Assembly (NCBI GenBank): GCA_043808155.1 | Contig: JAZDFD010000024.1 | Location: 3,265 to 67,264 of the forward strand | Direction: 5' to 3' | Source: Candidatus Iainarchaeum sp. | GTDB taxonomy: Archaea > Iainarchaeota > Iainarchaeia > Iainarchaeales > JAZDFD01 | DNA: 64,000 bases | Shown: piece after piece, positions 8,960-18,757 of the stretch | Layout: each line of letters opens with the position of its first letter | Numbering within the stretch: position 1 is the stretch's first letter | Notes under the pieces: generated by a model | Seen by the model: the letters and a program-made list of their open reading frames with translations, nothing else | Databases searched by the model: none | Told to the model about the DNA's origin: nothing | Made by a program: the position numbers and the translations under genes

Positions 8960-9252
8960 GTATCTATTTCAAAAGTCACAAATCTCCAAAAGGAAATGTG
9001 CTTGCTGTTTGCGATAAGGAACTTATTGGAAAAATTCTTGAAGAAAATCATTTTCATTTTGAAATCTATGAATCATTTTACAAAGGTGAAAAAATCACCC
9101 CAAAGAAACTGAAAAAACTGATTCATGAATTTGATAATATCAATTTAGTCGGGGAAAAATCAGTCGGGATTGCGATTTCTGAAAAAATTGCATCTGAAAA
9201 AAATGTGATAAGAATAAAAAACGTCCCCCACGTACAAATCTTTACAATATAG
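8956..9252 (+). CDS. DUF424-family protein
   Basis: 98 aa. Its GTG start overlaps the aIF2-beta stop (GTGA). LAVCDKELIGK..FYKGE...INLVGE...PHVQIF pattern, and the usual neighbourhood next to aIF2-beta. Confidence 0.6.
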   Translation: MSIYFKSHKSPKGNVLAVCDKELIGKILEENHFHFEIYESFYKGEKITPKKLKKLIHEFDNINLVGEKSVGIAISEKIASEKNVIRIKNVPHVQIFTI

Positions 9253-9264
9253 GAGTTAGATAAT

Positions 9265-9597
9265 TTGGCACATTTTAAAAAAAAGCAAAAAAATCCTGCA
9301 ACAGATGAAGAATTAATTATCCGAATCCGTTTTCCCAGAAAACAGGATAATGAACAGTTTGGTTTTGTTACCCAACTGATGGGCGCTAATCAGATTAAAG
9401 TCAGGTGTGAAGACGGATTGGAAAGAAACTGCAGAATCCCAGGCAAGCTTAAGAAGAAAGTCTGGATAAGAGATGGTGATTTAGTTGTTGTTAAAGTTTG
9501 GGATTTCCAGCCAATCAAAGGGGATATTGTATGGAGATACTTGCCTCCGCAAACCAATCATTTGAGAAGAAAGGGCTTACTTAAAAATCTGGAATAA
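9265..9597 (+). CDS. Translation initiation factor aIF1A
   Basis: 110 aa with an S1/OB fold signature: GFVTQLMGANQIKVRCEDGLERNCRIPGKLKKKVWIRDGDLVVV. Apparent TTG start. Confidence 0.85.
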   Translation: MAHFKKKQKNPATDEELIIRIRFPRKQDNEQFGFVTQLMGANQIKVRCEDGLERNCRIPGKLKKKVWIRDGDLVVVKVWDFQPIKGDIVWRYLPPQTNHLRRKGLLKNLE

Positions 9598-9648
9598 TTC
9601 TTTTTCTTAAAATGTAAAGAATAAAAACTCGAAATTAGTGTGTTTTTT

Positions 9649-10401
9649 ATGGAAGATGAATTTGACTTACGGCAATACGTACCGGAAGAAGACGCGAGAA
9701 AAACTTTTGCAAAAGTTTTTGATAAAAGTACTATTGAAACAATTCACAAACTTGCAACAAAAAGATATTTTGATATTGTAGAATTTGCAATAAGCACTGG
9801 CAAAGAAGCACATGTTTTCAGAGCAGTTGATACATCAGGGAATTTCAGGGCAGTTAAAATTTACAAAACAGAAACTTCTGATTTTAAACACATGACCCAG
9901 TACATTGAGGGCGACAGACGATTTAAGGGAGTGAAAAAAAACAAGAGAGATATTGTTTTTACCTGGGCAAAAAAAGAATTCAAAAATCTTAGTTTACTTA
10001 CAAAAGCAGGAGTAAGAGTTCCAATGCCAATTGCACAGATGGACAATGTTGTTGTAATGGAATTCATTGGAAAAAATGGGGAAGCGTCACCACTTCTGAA
10101 AGATAAGGATTTTCCAGATTCCCAGAAAGTTTATGATTTCATTGTTGAGGCTTTTGTGAAAATGGTTCAGAAAGCAGAACTCGTCCACGCGGATCTTTCA
10201 CAATATAATATCATCAATAATGGCGATGAATTAGTGATTATTGACTGCGGTCAGTCAGTGCTTACTTCACACCCAAAAGCAGAGGAATTCTTTGAACGCG
10301 ATGTGAAAAACATGGCTAATTACTTCCAGAAAATTGGAATTAAAACTGATTTTAAGGCTCTGAGGGCAGCCATAAAGGCAAAGAAGGCTGAATTTTCATA
10401 G
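9649..10401 (+). CDS. RIO-type serine kinase (Rio1-like)
   Basis: ISTGKEAHVFRA (P-loop-like), VHADLSQYNII catalytic loop, IIDCGQS metal-binding loop. ATG at 9649 is preferred over the GTG at 9640. Confidence 0.8.
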   Translation: MEDEFDLRQYVPEEDARKTFAKVFDKSTIETIHKLATKRYFDIVEFAISTGKEAHVFRAVDTSGNFRAVKIYKTETSDFKHMTQYIEGDRRFKGVKKNKRDIVFTWAKKEFKNLSLLTKAGVRVPMPIAQMDNVVVMEFIGKNGEASPLLKDKDFPDSQKVYDFIVEAFVKMVQKAELVHADLSQYNIINNGDELVIIDCGQSVLTSHPKAEEFFERDVKNMANYFQKIGIKTDFKALRAAIKAKKAEFS

Positions 10402-10434
10402 AAGCGTATTTAAAAGTATTGTGAATAGATATAA

Positions 10435-10455
10435 TATATACATATATAGTATATA
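10435..10455 (+). promoter_or_regulatory. Palindromic TA-rich element, candidate TATA box for the KH/top6 gene string
   Basis: TATATAC-ATATATA-GTATATA is a perfect 7-nt inverted repeat around a 7-nt TA spacer. It lies about 35-55 nt upstream of the ATG at 10489. Confidence 0.3.
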
Positions 10456-10488
10456 TTAGAGGAAAAAAGAGCCTTCTTGTGTGGTTTT

Positions 10489-11022
10489 ATGGACGAATTT
10501 GTTAGGATTCCAGAGGAACGGATTGGTGTTCTTGTAGGTCCCAAAGGGGCTGTGAAGCGGGAAATTGAGAAGAAAACAGGCACTAGAATAGAAATTGACA
10601 GTGAGTCAGGGGAAGTGGAAATTTCCTCAAAAAAAGAAGATGCACTTAAATTCTACAAAGCAGTGGATATTGTAAAAGCAATTGCACGCGGGTTTTCCCC
10701 GGAACATGCGATTTCACTTCTGAAAGACAGTTTTATTCTCGAAATTATAAAAATCGCAGAGTATGCTGGAAAATCAGAAAAAGCAATTGCGGCAAAACGC
10801 GCACGCATTATTGGAAAGCATGGGACAGCAAGAGAAGAAATTGAAAACGACACAGGCTGTTTTATTTCAGTGTATGGTAAAACAATTTCAATTATTGGAC
10901 ATGCAGATAAAATTGAAAAAACAAGAAAAGCAGTTGAGATGTTAATGGAAGGTGCAAAACACTCAACAGCATTTGAATTTTTGAAAAAGGATAAAAAGAA
11001 ATCGGATAAATTTGAATTATGA
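10489..11022 (+). CDS. KH-domain RNA-binding protein (archaeal Dim2/Pno1-like)
   Basis: Two KH-like modules (IGVLVGPKGAVKREIE, RIIGKHGTAREEIE) and the conserved position next to the Rio kinase gene. Confidence 0.7.
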   Translation: MDEFVRIPEERIGVLVGPKGAVKREIEKKTGTRIEIDSESGEVEISSKKEDALKFYKAVDIVKAIARGFSPEHAISLLKDSFILEIIKIAEYAGKSEKAIAAKRARIIGKHGTAREEIENDTGCFISVYGKTISIIGHADKIEKTRKAVEMLMEGAKHSTAFEFLKKDKKKSDKFEL

Positions 11023-11046
11023 AATGAACGTAAATGAAATTATTAA

Positions 11047-12783
11047 ATGAAACGAATGAAAAAGGTGACATTTATGGCAGAAGAATTAGAAAAAGAAATT
11101 CCAATAAAAAATATTACTGCAGAGGAATTAGCAAAAGAATTCAAAGAACATTCAGTTGCTGAATTTTTCCAGAAAAACAAACAAATGCTTGGTTTGTACG
11201 GAAAAGTGAGAACACTTACAACAGTTGTTCACGAGTATGTTACAAATTCTATTGATGCATGTGAAGAATCGGGTTTTCTGCCAGATATTGAAGTTAAGAT
11301 TGATGAATTAGGAGAAGAATATTATGAAGTCACTATTAAAGACAACGGTCCTGGTTTAACTGAACAGACAGTTGGAAAAGCATTGGGCCAGCTTCTTGCA
11401 GGAACTAAGTTTCACAGATTAATGCAGAGCAGAGGACAGCAGGGAATTGGTTCAAGCGCTTGTACAATGCTTTCACAAATGACAACTGGAAAACCAATTA
11501 AAGTTATTACAGGAACCGGGAAAGGAAAACCAATTTCACTGGAGCTTACAATTGATCCTAAAAAGAACGCACCCAAAATTACAAACATTAAAGAAGTAAG
11601 TAAAGATTTCAGAGGAACTGCAATTCAGGCAAAATTCAAAGGCGTGATTTACAGAGACTCTGAACAGGGTGTTTTAGAGTACCTGAGAAGAACTGCAATT
11701 GCAAATCCCCATGTTGAGATTTCATTCAGGGCACCTAACGGAACAAAAATTGTTTTTAAAAGAACACAAAATAAAATTCCGAAATTACCAACTGCAGTTA
11801 AACCACACCCAAAAGGAATTGCAGTTAATGAATTAATTTCAATGGCAAAATATACTGATGCAAGAAAAGTTAATTCTTTTTTGAAGAATGATTTTGACAG
11901 AATGGGAAACAAATCATTAGAGGACCTCGCCAAAAAGGTTAATTTTGATTTAAATAAAGATCCGAGACAATTAGCATGGCACGAAGCAGAAGAAATTATC
12001 AAAGCATTTAAGGAAATTGATTTTATTGCACCTAAGGCAGATGGTTTGAGACCTATTGGTGAAGAACAAATAAGAAAATCAATCAACAGTATTGTAACTC
12101 CTGATTTTTTAACTGTGATTACAAGAAAGCCGCAGGTTTATGCAGGTGGATTTCCTTTCCAGGTTGAAGTTGCTATTGCATATGGTGGTGGCGCAGGAAG
12201 ATCAATGGGTGACGAGAAAAAAGTAGAAATTATGAGATTTGCAAACCGCGTGCCATTACTTTTTGATGCAGGGAATGATGCAATAACAAAAGCAGTTCAT
12301 TCAATTGACTGGAAAAGATATGATATCAGAGATGTTGATAATGCACCGCTCACAATAATGGTTAATTTCATTTCTGTGCACATCCCTTACACTGGTGCGG
12401 GAAAGCAGGCAATTGCAGATGAAGAGGAAGTGGTTGAAGAATTAAGACTTGCTTTAATGGATTCAGGAAGAAAAGCAGGTAGATTCATTTCAGGAAAGAA
12501 ACGAGAAAAAGAAATGCAGATGAAAAGACAGCTGTTCTACAAATATATTCCGGAAATTGCAGGTGCTTTGGGAAGACTGACAAAAACAAATGAAGATATG
12601 CTGAAAAAGAATCTCGAAAAAATGGTTCTTGAAAAATTAAAGTTAGATGAAGCTAAAATGATTGAAATTAATGACGAGGAAAATGCAAAAACCAAAGATA
12701 AGCAAGCAGACATTAAGGAAAAGAAAATGGGAATTGCAGAAAAAATCGTTAAGAAAAAAGTGAAAAAAGAAGGTAAAAGGTGA
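11047..12783 (+). CDS. top6B: DNA topoisomerase VI subunit B
   Basis: Bergerat ATPase boxes HEYVTNSIDACEE, KDNGPGL, GQQGIG; transducer domain; K/E-rich tail. The real start may be the internal ATG at 11074 (MAEELEK). Confidence 0.9.
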   Translation: MKRMKKVTFMAEELEKEIPIKNITAEELAKEFKEHSVAEFFQKNKQMLGLYGKVRTLTTVVHEYVTNSIDACEESGFLPDIEVKIDELGEEYYEVTIKDNGPGLTEQTVGKALGQLLAGTKFHRLMQSRGQQGIGSSACTMLSQMTTGKPIKVITGTGKGKPISLELTIDPKKNAPKITNIKEVSKDFRGTAIQAKFKGVIYRDSEQGVLEYLRRTAIANPHVEISFRAPNGTKIVFKRTQNKIPKLPTAVKPHPKGIAVNELISMAKYTDARKVNSFLKNDFDRMGNKSLEDLAKKVNFDLNKDPRQLAWHEAEEIIKAFKEIDFIAPKADGLRPIGEEQIRKSINSIVTPDFLTVITRKPQVYAGGFPFQVEVAIAYGGGAGRSMGDEKKVEIMRFANRVPLLFDAGNDAITKAVHSIDWKRYDIRDVDNAPLTIMVNFISVHIPYTGAGKQAIADEEEVVEELRLALMDSGRKAGRFISGKKREKEMQMKRQLFYKYIPEIAGALGRLTKTNEDMLKKNLEKMVLEKLKLDEAKMIEINDEENAKTKDKQADIKEKKMGIAEKIVKKKVKKEGKR

Positions 12784-12788
12784 TGTGA

Positions 12789-15410
12789 ATGGCAAAAGGA
12801 AAAACTGAGAAAAAAGCAAAAATCAAAAAATCAAGCAAGCTGGATGCATCACCAAAAGAAATCGCAGCAAGATTAGAAGCTTCAGCAAAAGAAATGGTTG
12901 AATCTATTAAGAAAAAACAGGATCCTGAATTTATAACAAAACAGAGGGGCAAAAGCAATGTGAATTTTGATGAGGATTCAGGTCTTATTGAATTAGGTGC
13001 AAAAGAAACAACAAGGAATTTTTTGAATATTGGTCATGCTAAAAAGTTTATGCAGACAACATTAGTTGCTGAGAAAACACATGATTATTTGAAACAGAAT
13101 AAAACTGCGTCAATTCGTGAAATCTATTATGAATTAAAACACACAATAAAAGACACACATGAAAACACATTTGAAGACCAGACAGAAAGTGATTCAGTAA
13201 TTGTTGATTTAGAGCATTCAGTTGACACAATCAGAGAAAAACTAAATCTTCATGCAAATCCAAAAGGAACTCTTTATGGTGACATTACATTAGTTGATGT
13301 TGTTCATAATAAAGACACTTTTAATGCTTCAAAGCTTGGAAGAGGCGGCTGGAGTATTATGAGCCGAATGGAACCAGAAGAAATTAAAATCAAAAAAATA
13401 GATGCAAATTATATCCTTGTTATTGAAACAGCTGCAATGTATGAAAGACTTGTAGAAGAAGGTTTCCCTAAAAAGCACAGGGCAATTTTAGTTGGTACGG
13501 GTGGTCAGGCAGCGCGTGGTACAAGAAGATTGATTCATAGATTGCATGCAGAATCAAAACTTCCTGTTTATGTTTTCAGTGTTGATGGTGAAGAAACAGT
13601 TGTGATTGAAGAAAATGGCTTTATTAGAAATGTTCAATTGAAAGAGCTTATGGAAGGAAAAGATTTGCTGAAAGTTGATGGCATTATAGAAAATGAAAGA
13701 AGTTCACTTAACGCAAGATCGATGTGCTTTAATGATAAAAAAGTTTCTTTTGGGCAAGTAAATCAGGTTATCAGACACCCCATTGTAGAAGATTTGTATG
13801 AAGTAAAAACAGATGTGGGATATAACGTGAAGTTGACAAGATCTCACAGTTTAATTGTTTATGATTCTAAAAAACACGAATTTGTTGAGAAAACTCCTTT
13901 GGAAGTTGATAAGGAAACTGATTTTGCAATTGTGAGCCTTGATGTTCCAAACAATGAAAGTGTAAGAGAAATTGATTTAGCAGAATTTGCTTTAAAACAC
14001 AGAAATGCAAAAATTGAAGAAGATGAAATTGTGAATGTAAAAAATAAAAGAAGTCTTCCAAGATTTATTAAAAAAGAACAACTGAATGATTTTTGCAGAT
14101 TGTTGGGATATTATGCTGCAGAAGGACATACAGGAGATTATGATGTTTGCCTAAGTTTTAATATTACAGAACGTGAATATATTGAAGATGTTAAAGAAAT
14201 TGGAAACAGTTTGTTTGGAATTGATGTAAAAGAGCATAACCCACACAAAACACTTTCACAGATTAAGTTTAATAGCACAATTCTTGCATCACTATTCACA
14301 GAAATTGCTTCAACTGGCAGCAATAACAAAAGAGTACCTGATATTGTATTCAATGTTCCGACATCTGCAAAAAAAGAATTTTTGAAAGGTTATTTTAGAG
14401 GAGATGGTAGGGTTGATTTTAATGAAAAAAAATCTTCAGTTGAATTATGGGCAAAAACTGTGAGTAAAAAGCTTGCTTATGATTTAGTTTTGCTTATTTC
14501 GCAAATTGGCGCAAATGCAACAATTCAATATCCAAAAATTTCAGAAGACGAGCATGAAGTTGAAATAGAAACAGTTTCAGGAGTATATAAAACAAAAATC
14601 ATCGCAAAACAAACGCCATATTTAGTAAGTGTTTCAAATAAAGCAGCTTTGCAGGTGTTAAAAGAAATTGTTGCAGAACTAAGACCCGAAGCAATAGCAC
14701 ATATTGAAAACAATCATATAAAAACTCCAAAACTTGATTCACTGCCAAGAGAATTTGTTGAACATTTTAGAGAAAATTTAAGAAATGAATTTAGAGGAGA
14801 ACTTGAAAAACGATTACCGCCTGCAACGTTCCAATGGCCAAGAATTTCAAAAGAAAAATTAAGAAAACTGCTTGCAGAAAGAGAACTTAGTGAAGAACTT
14901 GAATTACTGAGAAATATTGCAGAAAGTAAAACAACATTTGCAAGAATTAAAGACATTGAAAAAGTTGAAGCAACAGATAAATATGTTTACGATATTGAAA
15001 TGGCTAATACGCACAGATTCTTTTCAAATTTTATTTGTGTGCACAATACAGATGGGGACCCTTACGGATGGTACATATATTCTGTAATTAAGCAAGGTTC
15101 AATGGCGTTAGCAGCACACTCAGGTATGTTATCAGTTCCAGATGCAAAATATATTGGGATGACATTAGATGATGTTAAAACATATGGCTTAGAAAATGTA
15201 ACTGAAAAAATGAAAGAAGGCGACATCAAAAGAGCAAAAGAAATGATGGACTATCCATGGTTCCAGACAAAAGAATGGCAGGCGCAGTTAAAGAAATCCA
15301 TAAGTGAAAAAATCAGAATTGAACAACAGGCACTTGCAAACAAATCATTAGATTTTGTTGCAAGGGAATATCTCCCTCAAAAAATCAAAAAGAAAGATTT
15401 CTTGCCATAA
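12789..15410 (+). CDS. top6A: DNA topoisomerase VI subunit A (Spo11-like), interrupted by one intein (about 383 aa after splicing)
   Basis: SIREIYYELKH (catalytic Tyr region), VIETAAMYERL, GTGGQAARGTRR, LPVYVF|...|TDGDPYGWYIY Toprim motif split by the insertion. Confidence 0.9.
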   Translation: MAKGKTEKKAKIKKSSKLDASPKEIAARLEASAKEMVESIKKKQDPEFITKQRGKSNVNFDEDSGLIELGAKETTRNFLNIGHAKKFMQTTLVAEKTHDYLKQNKTASIREIYYELKHTIKDTHENTFEDQTESDSVIVDLEHSVDTIREKLNLHANPKGTLYGDITLVDVVHNKDTFNASKLGRGGWSIMSRMEPEEIKIKKIDANYILVIETAAMYERLVEEGFPKKHRAILVGTGGQAARGTRRLIHRLHAESKLPVYVFSVDGEETVVIEENGFIRNVQLKELMEGKDLLKVDGIIENERSSLNARSMCFNDKKVSFGQVNQVIRHPIVEDLYEVKTDVGYNVKLTRSHSLIVYDSKKHEFVEKTPLEVDKETDFAIVSLDVPNNESVREIDLAEFALKHRNAKIEEDEIVNVKNKRSLPRFIKKEQLNDFCRLLGYYAAEGHTGDYDVCLSFNITEREYIEDVKEIGNSLFGIDVKEHNPHKTLSQIKFNSTILASLFTEIASTGSNNKRVPDIVFNVPTSAKKEFLKGYFRGDGRVDFNEKKSSVELWAKTVSKKLAYDLVLLISQIGANATIQYPKISEDEHEVEIETVSGVYKTKIIAKQTPYLVSVSNKAALQVLKEIVAELRPEAIAHIENNHIKTPKLDSLPREFVEHFRENLRNEFRGELEKRLPPATFQWPRISKEKLRKLLAERELSEELELLRNIAESKTTFARIKDIEKVEATDKYVYDIEMANTHRFFSNFICVHNTDGDPYGWYIYSVIKQGSMALAAHSGMLSVPDAKYIGMTLDDVKTYGLENVTEKMKEGDIKRAKEMMDYPWFQTKEWQAQLKKSISEKIRIEQQALANKSLDFVAREYLPQKIKKKDFLP
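13578..15047 (+). mobile_element. Topo VI A intein (490 aa, LAGLIDADG-containing) inserted immediately before the Toprim DGD motif
   Basis: Starts with Ser (SVDGEETVVIEENG); block B LTRSHSLIVY; LAGLIDADG motifs LLGYYAAEGHT and FLKGYFRGDGRV; ends KYVYDIEMANTHRFFSNFICVHN with +1 Thr. Boundaries were checked in frame with 12789. Confidence 0.85.
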
Positions 15411-15454
15411 TACACTAGTAAATTATTAATATTAGTAACTACTTCTATTATGCA

Positions 15455-15976
15455 ATGATTGAAATAAGGATACATGGGCGTGGGGGGCAGGGAGTGAAAC
15501 TTGCTGCCAAGATAATTAGCAGAGCTGCTTATCTTTCTGGTTATTATACACAGGATTTTGCAATTTATGGTGCTGAAAGGCAGGGAGCTCCTGTTATTAG
15601 TTCTGTGAGAATTGATAAAAATCCAATTAAAGATAGGGGCTATTTGTTCAATCCAGATATAATCATTATTCTGGATGATTCAATTGATAGTAATGATACT
15701 TTGAAAGGTAAAAAAAGTGACACGCAGATTTACATTAACACAATGCACGAAATGAAAAAAAAGAACACACATGCTTTTGATGCAACAAGTATTGCAATTG
15801 ATAAGATTGGAATTCCGAAAGTTAATGTTGCATTTTTAGGTGCGTTTGTTAAAAAGTTTGATTTGATTTCTTTTAAGAACTTGGAAAAATCAGTAAGAGA
15901 AGAACTTAAATCACATCCAAAAGTAATTGATAAGAATTTAGAAGCTGCAAAAGCATGTTATGAAAAAATGACATGA
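15455..15976 (+). CDS. porG: 2-oxoacid (pyruvate-type):ferredoxin oxidoreductase gamma subunit
   Basis: IRIHGRGGQGV start and gamma-delta-alpha-beta gene order. POR cannot be distinguished from VOR/KOR by eye. Confidence 0.75.
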   Translation: MIEIRIHGRGGQGVKLAAKIISRAAYLSGYYTQDFAIYGAERQGAPVISSVRIDKNPIKDRGYLFNPDIIIILDDSIDSNDTLKGKKSDTQIYINTMHEMKKKNTHAFDATSIAIDKIGIPKVNVAFLGAFVKKFDLISFKNLEKSVREELKSHPKVIDKNLEAAKACYEKMT

Positions 15977-16027
15977 TAAAGTGAAAATGAAGTGAAGTAA
16001 TAAGATGAAAATTGATGAAGTGTTAAA

Positions 16028-16321
16028 ATGAGTAAAATAATTCCGGAAGAAAAACTCAGAAGTCAAGGTTTGAAGGGAGTACCTTATTCTGTTGCAGGTA
16101 AAAATATTCCAAACAGAGGATCCTGGAGAACACACGTCCCAAAGTTTGATGACAGCAAATGCATCAAATGTGGTTTGTGCTGGCTGCAATGTCCAGACAA
16201 TGCAATAAAAGAAAAAAAAGATGGTTTTTATGAATCTGATTCAAGATTATGTAAAGGCTGTTTTATTTGTGCAAAAATATGTCCTGTTAAAGCAATTGAA
16301 ATGGTAAGGGAAAAGAAATGA
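16028..16321 (+). CDS. porD: 2-oxoacid:ferredoxin oxidoreductase delta subunit (2x[4Fe-4S])
   Basis: Two ferredoxin Cys clusters: CIKCGLCWLQCP and CKGCFICAKICP. Confidence 0.8.
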   Translation: MSKIIPEEKLRSQGLKGVPYSVAGKNIPNRGSWRTHVPKFDDSKCIKCGLCWLQCPDNAIKEKKDGFYESDSRLCKGCFICAKICPVKAIEMVREKK

Positions 16322-17535
16322 CTAATAAAAATATTACCACGGGATTGAACAAAATGAAATCCCGTACATATACCGGCACGCCCGATCGGAAGCGGGCAAA
16401 TATAGACATACTGGATGGTAATGGCGTAACTGCACAGGCAGTTTTACTTTCACGCGTTCAGAGTATTCCAATTTTTCCGATTACTCCGCAGACTGAATTT
16501 ATAAAAACAATGGCACAGCTCAAGGAAAAAGGAATTTACAAAGGAGAAATGAATGTTTTAGAATCAGAGCATTCAGTTTTGAGTGCAGCAATTGCTTCGC
16601 AAATGACAGGTGCAAGAACTTTTACATTTTCAGGTTCACAGGGGCTTATGTTGATGCATGAAATGCTTTACGTTGCGTCAGGAACAAGAACACCCATGGT
16701 AATGGTTAACGGAAGCAGAGCTTTGAGTGCGCCAATTACACTATGGCCAGATCATAATGATTTCTTTGACCAGCGTGATACTGGTTGGTTAATGCTTGCA
16801 ACGGAATCAAATCAGGAACTTTTAGATTCGATAATAATTGCTTACAAAGTTGCAGAAAATCAAAAAGTAATGATTCCATTCATGGTGAACATGGATGGGT
16901 TTATACAATCAACAACAAGAACTGAAGTTGAGATTCCTGAACAGAATAAAATTGACAAATTCCTACCGAAGTTAAAACAGCAGGTGAAATTAGATGTCAC
17001 TAAACCAATGACACTTGGTTTAGGTGCAATGGAAGATTACATGTTTTTCAGAAGCCAGCTTCACAAAGTAAATTTAGATGCTAAAAAAGTAATTATGGAT
17101 GCGCATAAAGATTTTGCAAAAATCACAGGACGCAAGTATGATGTGATTGACACATATAAACTGAAAGATGCAAAAGTTGCAATTGTTATTATGGGTGCGG
17201 ATTCCACAATTGCAAAAGCAACAGTTGATGTATTGCGCAAGAAAGGAAAAAAAGTGGGACTTCTTAGAATGAGATTAGTGCGCCCCTTCCCAGAAAAAGA
17301 AATCAGAAATGCACTGAAACATGTGAAACATATTGGTGTTTGTGATCAGAACATAGCTCCTGGAATGTCAGGAATAATGTTTAATGAAATAAGATCTGCT
17401 CTTTATGGCGAGAAACCACTTGTATCAAATTACATTTTTGGATTAGGCGGAAAATTCATTTCAAAAGAAGATTTTGGAAAGGTGTTTAATGAATTACTTA
17501 CAAATAAAAAAGAAAAACGAGCGTGGATAATGTGA
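16318..17535 (+). CDS. porA: 2-oxoacid:ferredoxin oxidoreductase alpha subunit
   Basis: 405 aa. GNGVTAQAV..FPITPQTE..ESEHSVLSAAIA pattern. The start overlaps the porD stop (ATGA). Confidence 0.8.
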   Translation: MTNKNITTGLNKMKSRTYTGTPDRKRANIDILDGNGVTAQAVLLSRVQSIPIFPITPQTEFIKTMAQLKEKGIYKGEMNVLESEHSVLSAAIASQMTGARTFTFSGSQGLMLMHEMLYVASGTRTPMVMVNGSRALSAPITLWPDHNDFFDQRDTGWLMLATESNQELLDSIIIAYKVAENQKVMIPFMVNMDGFIQSTTRTEVEIPEQNKIDKFLPKLKQQVKLDVTKPMTLGLGAMEDYMFFRSQLHKVNLDAKKVIMDAHKDFAKITGRKYDVIDTYKLKDAKVAIVIMGADSTIAKATVDVLRKKGKKVGLLRMRLVRPFPEKEIRNALKHVKHIGVCDQNIAPGMSGIMFNEIRSALYGEKPLVSNYIFGLGGKFISKEDFGKVFNELLTNKKEKRAWIM

Positions 17536-18434
17536 ATGAAAATGAAATCAAAGTAATTAAGGATGTTCCGAAAGAAGAATTAATTACTGGCGGTACTTTT
17601 GCCTGTGGTGGCTGCGGTGCAGTAACAGGAATTAAATTCACACTGAAGGCTCTGGGAAAAAACACAATAATGGTAAATAGTTCAGGATGCATGACTCTAA
17701 CTGCGCTGTATCCATTCACACCTTACAAAGTTCCATGGGTTCACTTGGCAATTGAAAACGCAGGGAGTGTTGCAACAGGAATTTTAATGGGTTTGAAAGC
17801 GCAGGGAAAAGACAAAGATACAAATGTTGTTGTTTACGCTGGAGATGGTGCAACTTATGATATTGGATTCCAGTCATTAAGCGGAGCTGCAGACAGAAAA
17901 GAAAATTTCATTTATGTTTGTTACAATAATAGTTTCTATTCAAACACAGGTTTCCAGAGAACTGGTGCAACACCTTTACTGAGTGAAACTACTTCAACAC
18001 CTCTCCCCAATATACTTCCAAGAAAACACATGGCAAAAATAATGGTTGACCATGAATGTGAGTATGTTGCAACTGCATGTACTTCATACCCACTTGATTA
18101 TATGAATAAGCTCAGGGAGGCATCAAAATACAAAGGAGTAAAATTTATTGATTTGTTATGCCCTTGTGTCCCTGGCTGGGAATTGAAACCAGGGATGAGT
18201 TATGAAGCAGGAAAAATGATGGTTGATACTGGTTTGTGGCCAGTGTACAAAGTTGTGAAAGGACAATTTGAAGTTACTATAAAACCAAAAATGCTTCCAG
18301 TAAGACAGGCATTTGAAATGCAGGGTCGGTTTGGGCATTTGAAAGACGAACATTTCAAACGCATCCAGGATCAAGTTGACAAAGAATGGGCACACTTTGA
18401 GAAAGGGGAATACTACAAAGCCTGCGAATATTAG
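17523..18434 (+). CDS. porB: 2-oxoacid:ferredoxin oxidoreductase beta subunit (TPP-binding)
   Basis: CGGCG Cys motif and GDGATYDIGFQSL TPP motif. GTG start overlaps the end of porA. Confidence 0.8.
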   Translation: MDNVNENEIKVIKDVPKEELITGGTFACGGCGAVTGIKFTLKALGKNTIMVNSSGCMTLTALYPFTPYKVPWVHLAIENAGSVATGILMGLKAQGKDKDTNVVVYAGDGATYDIGFQSLSGAADRKENFIYVCYNNSFYSNTGFQRTGATPLLSETTSTPLPNILPRKHMAKIMVDHECEYVATACTSYPLDYMNKLREASKYKGVKFIDLLCPCVPGWELKPGMSYEAGKMMVDTGLWPVYKVVKGQFEVTIKPKMLPVRQAFEMQGRFGHLKDEHFKRIQDQVDKEWAHFEKGEYYKACEY

Positions 18435-18442
18435 TGATTAAT

Positions 18443-18757
18443 ATGGGTTTAGTTATTGGTTATGTGACTTGCAAGAATTCACAGGAAGCAGAAGGGATTG
18501 CAAAATATTTGTTGGAAAAAAAATTAATTGCATGCGCAAATATGGTGGATAAAATTGAGTCAATTTACAGATGGGAAGGTAAAATTGTTAATGAAAGTGA
18601 AGCATTACTTTTATTAAAAACCGAAAGCACTAAAATAAACAAAGTGAAAAAAGAAATTGAGAAAATTCACTCAAATAAAATTCCATGCATTGAATTCATT
18701 AAAGTTTCAGATGTTAATAAAAATTATGAAAAATGGGTTACTGGGGAATTGAAATGA
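18443..18757 (+). CDS. cutA: CutA divalent-cation tolerance protein
   Basis: About 105 aa with the CutA1 pattern LIACANM....SIYRWEGKI...E..LLLKT. Confidence 0.75.
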   Translation: MGLVIGYVTCKNSQEAEGIAKYLLEKKLIACANMVDKIESIYRWEGKIVNESEALLLLKTESTKINKVKKEIEKIHSNKIPCIEFIKVSDVNKNYEKWVTGELK

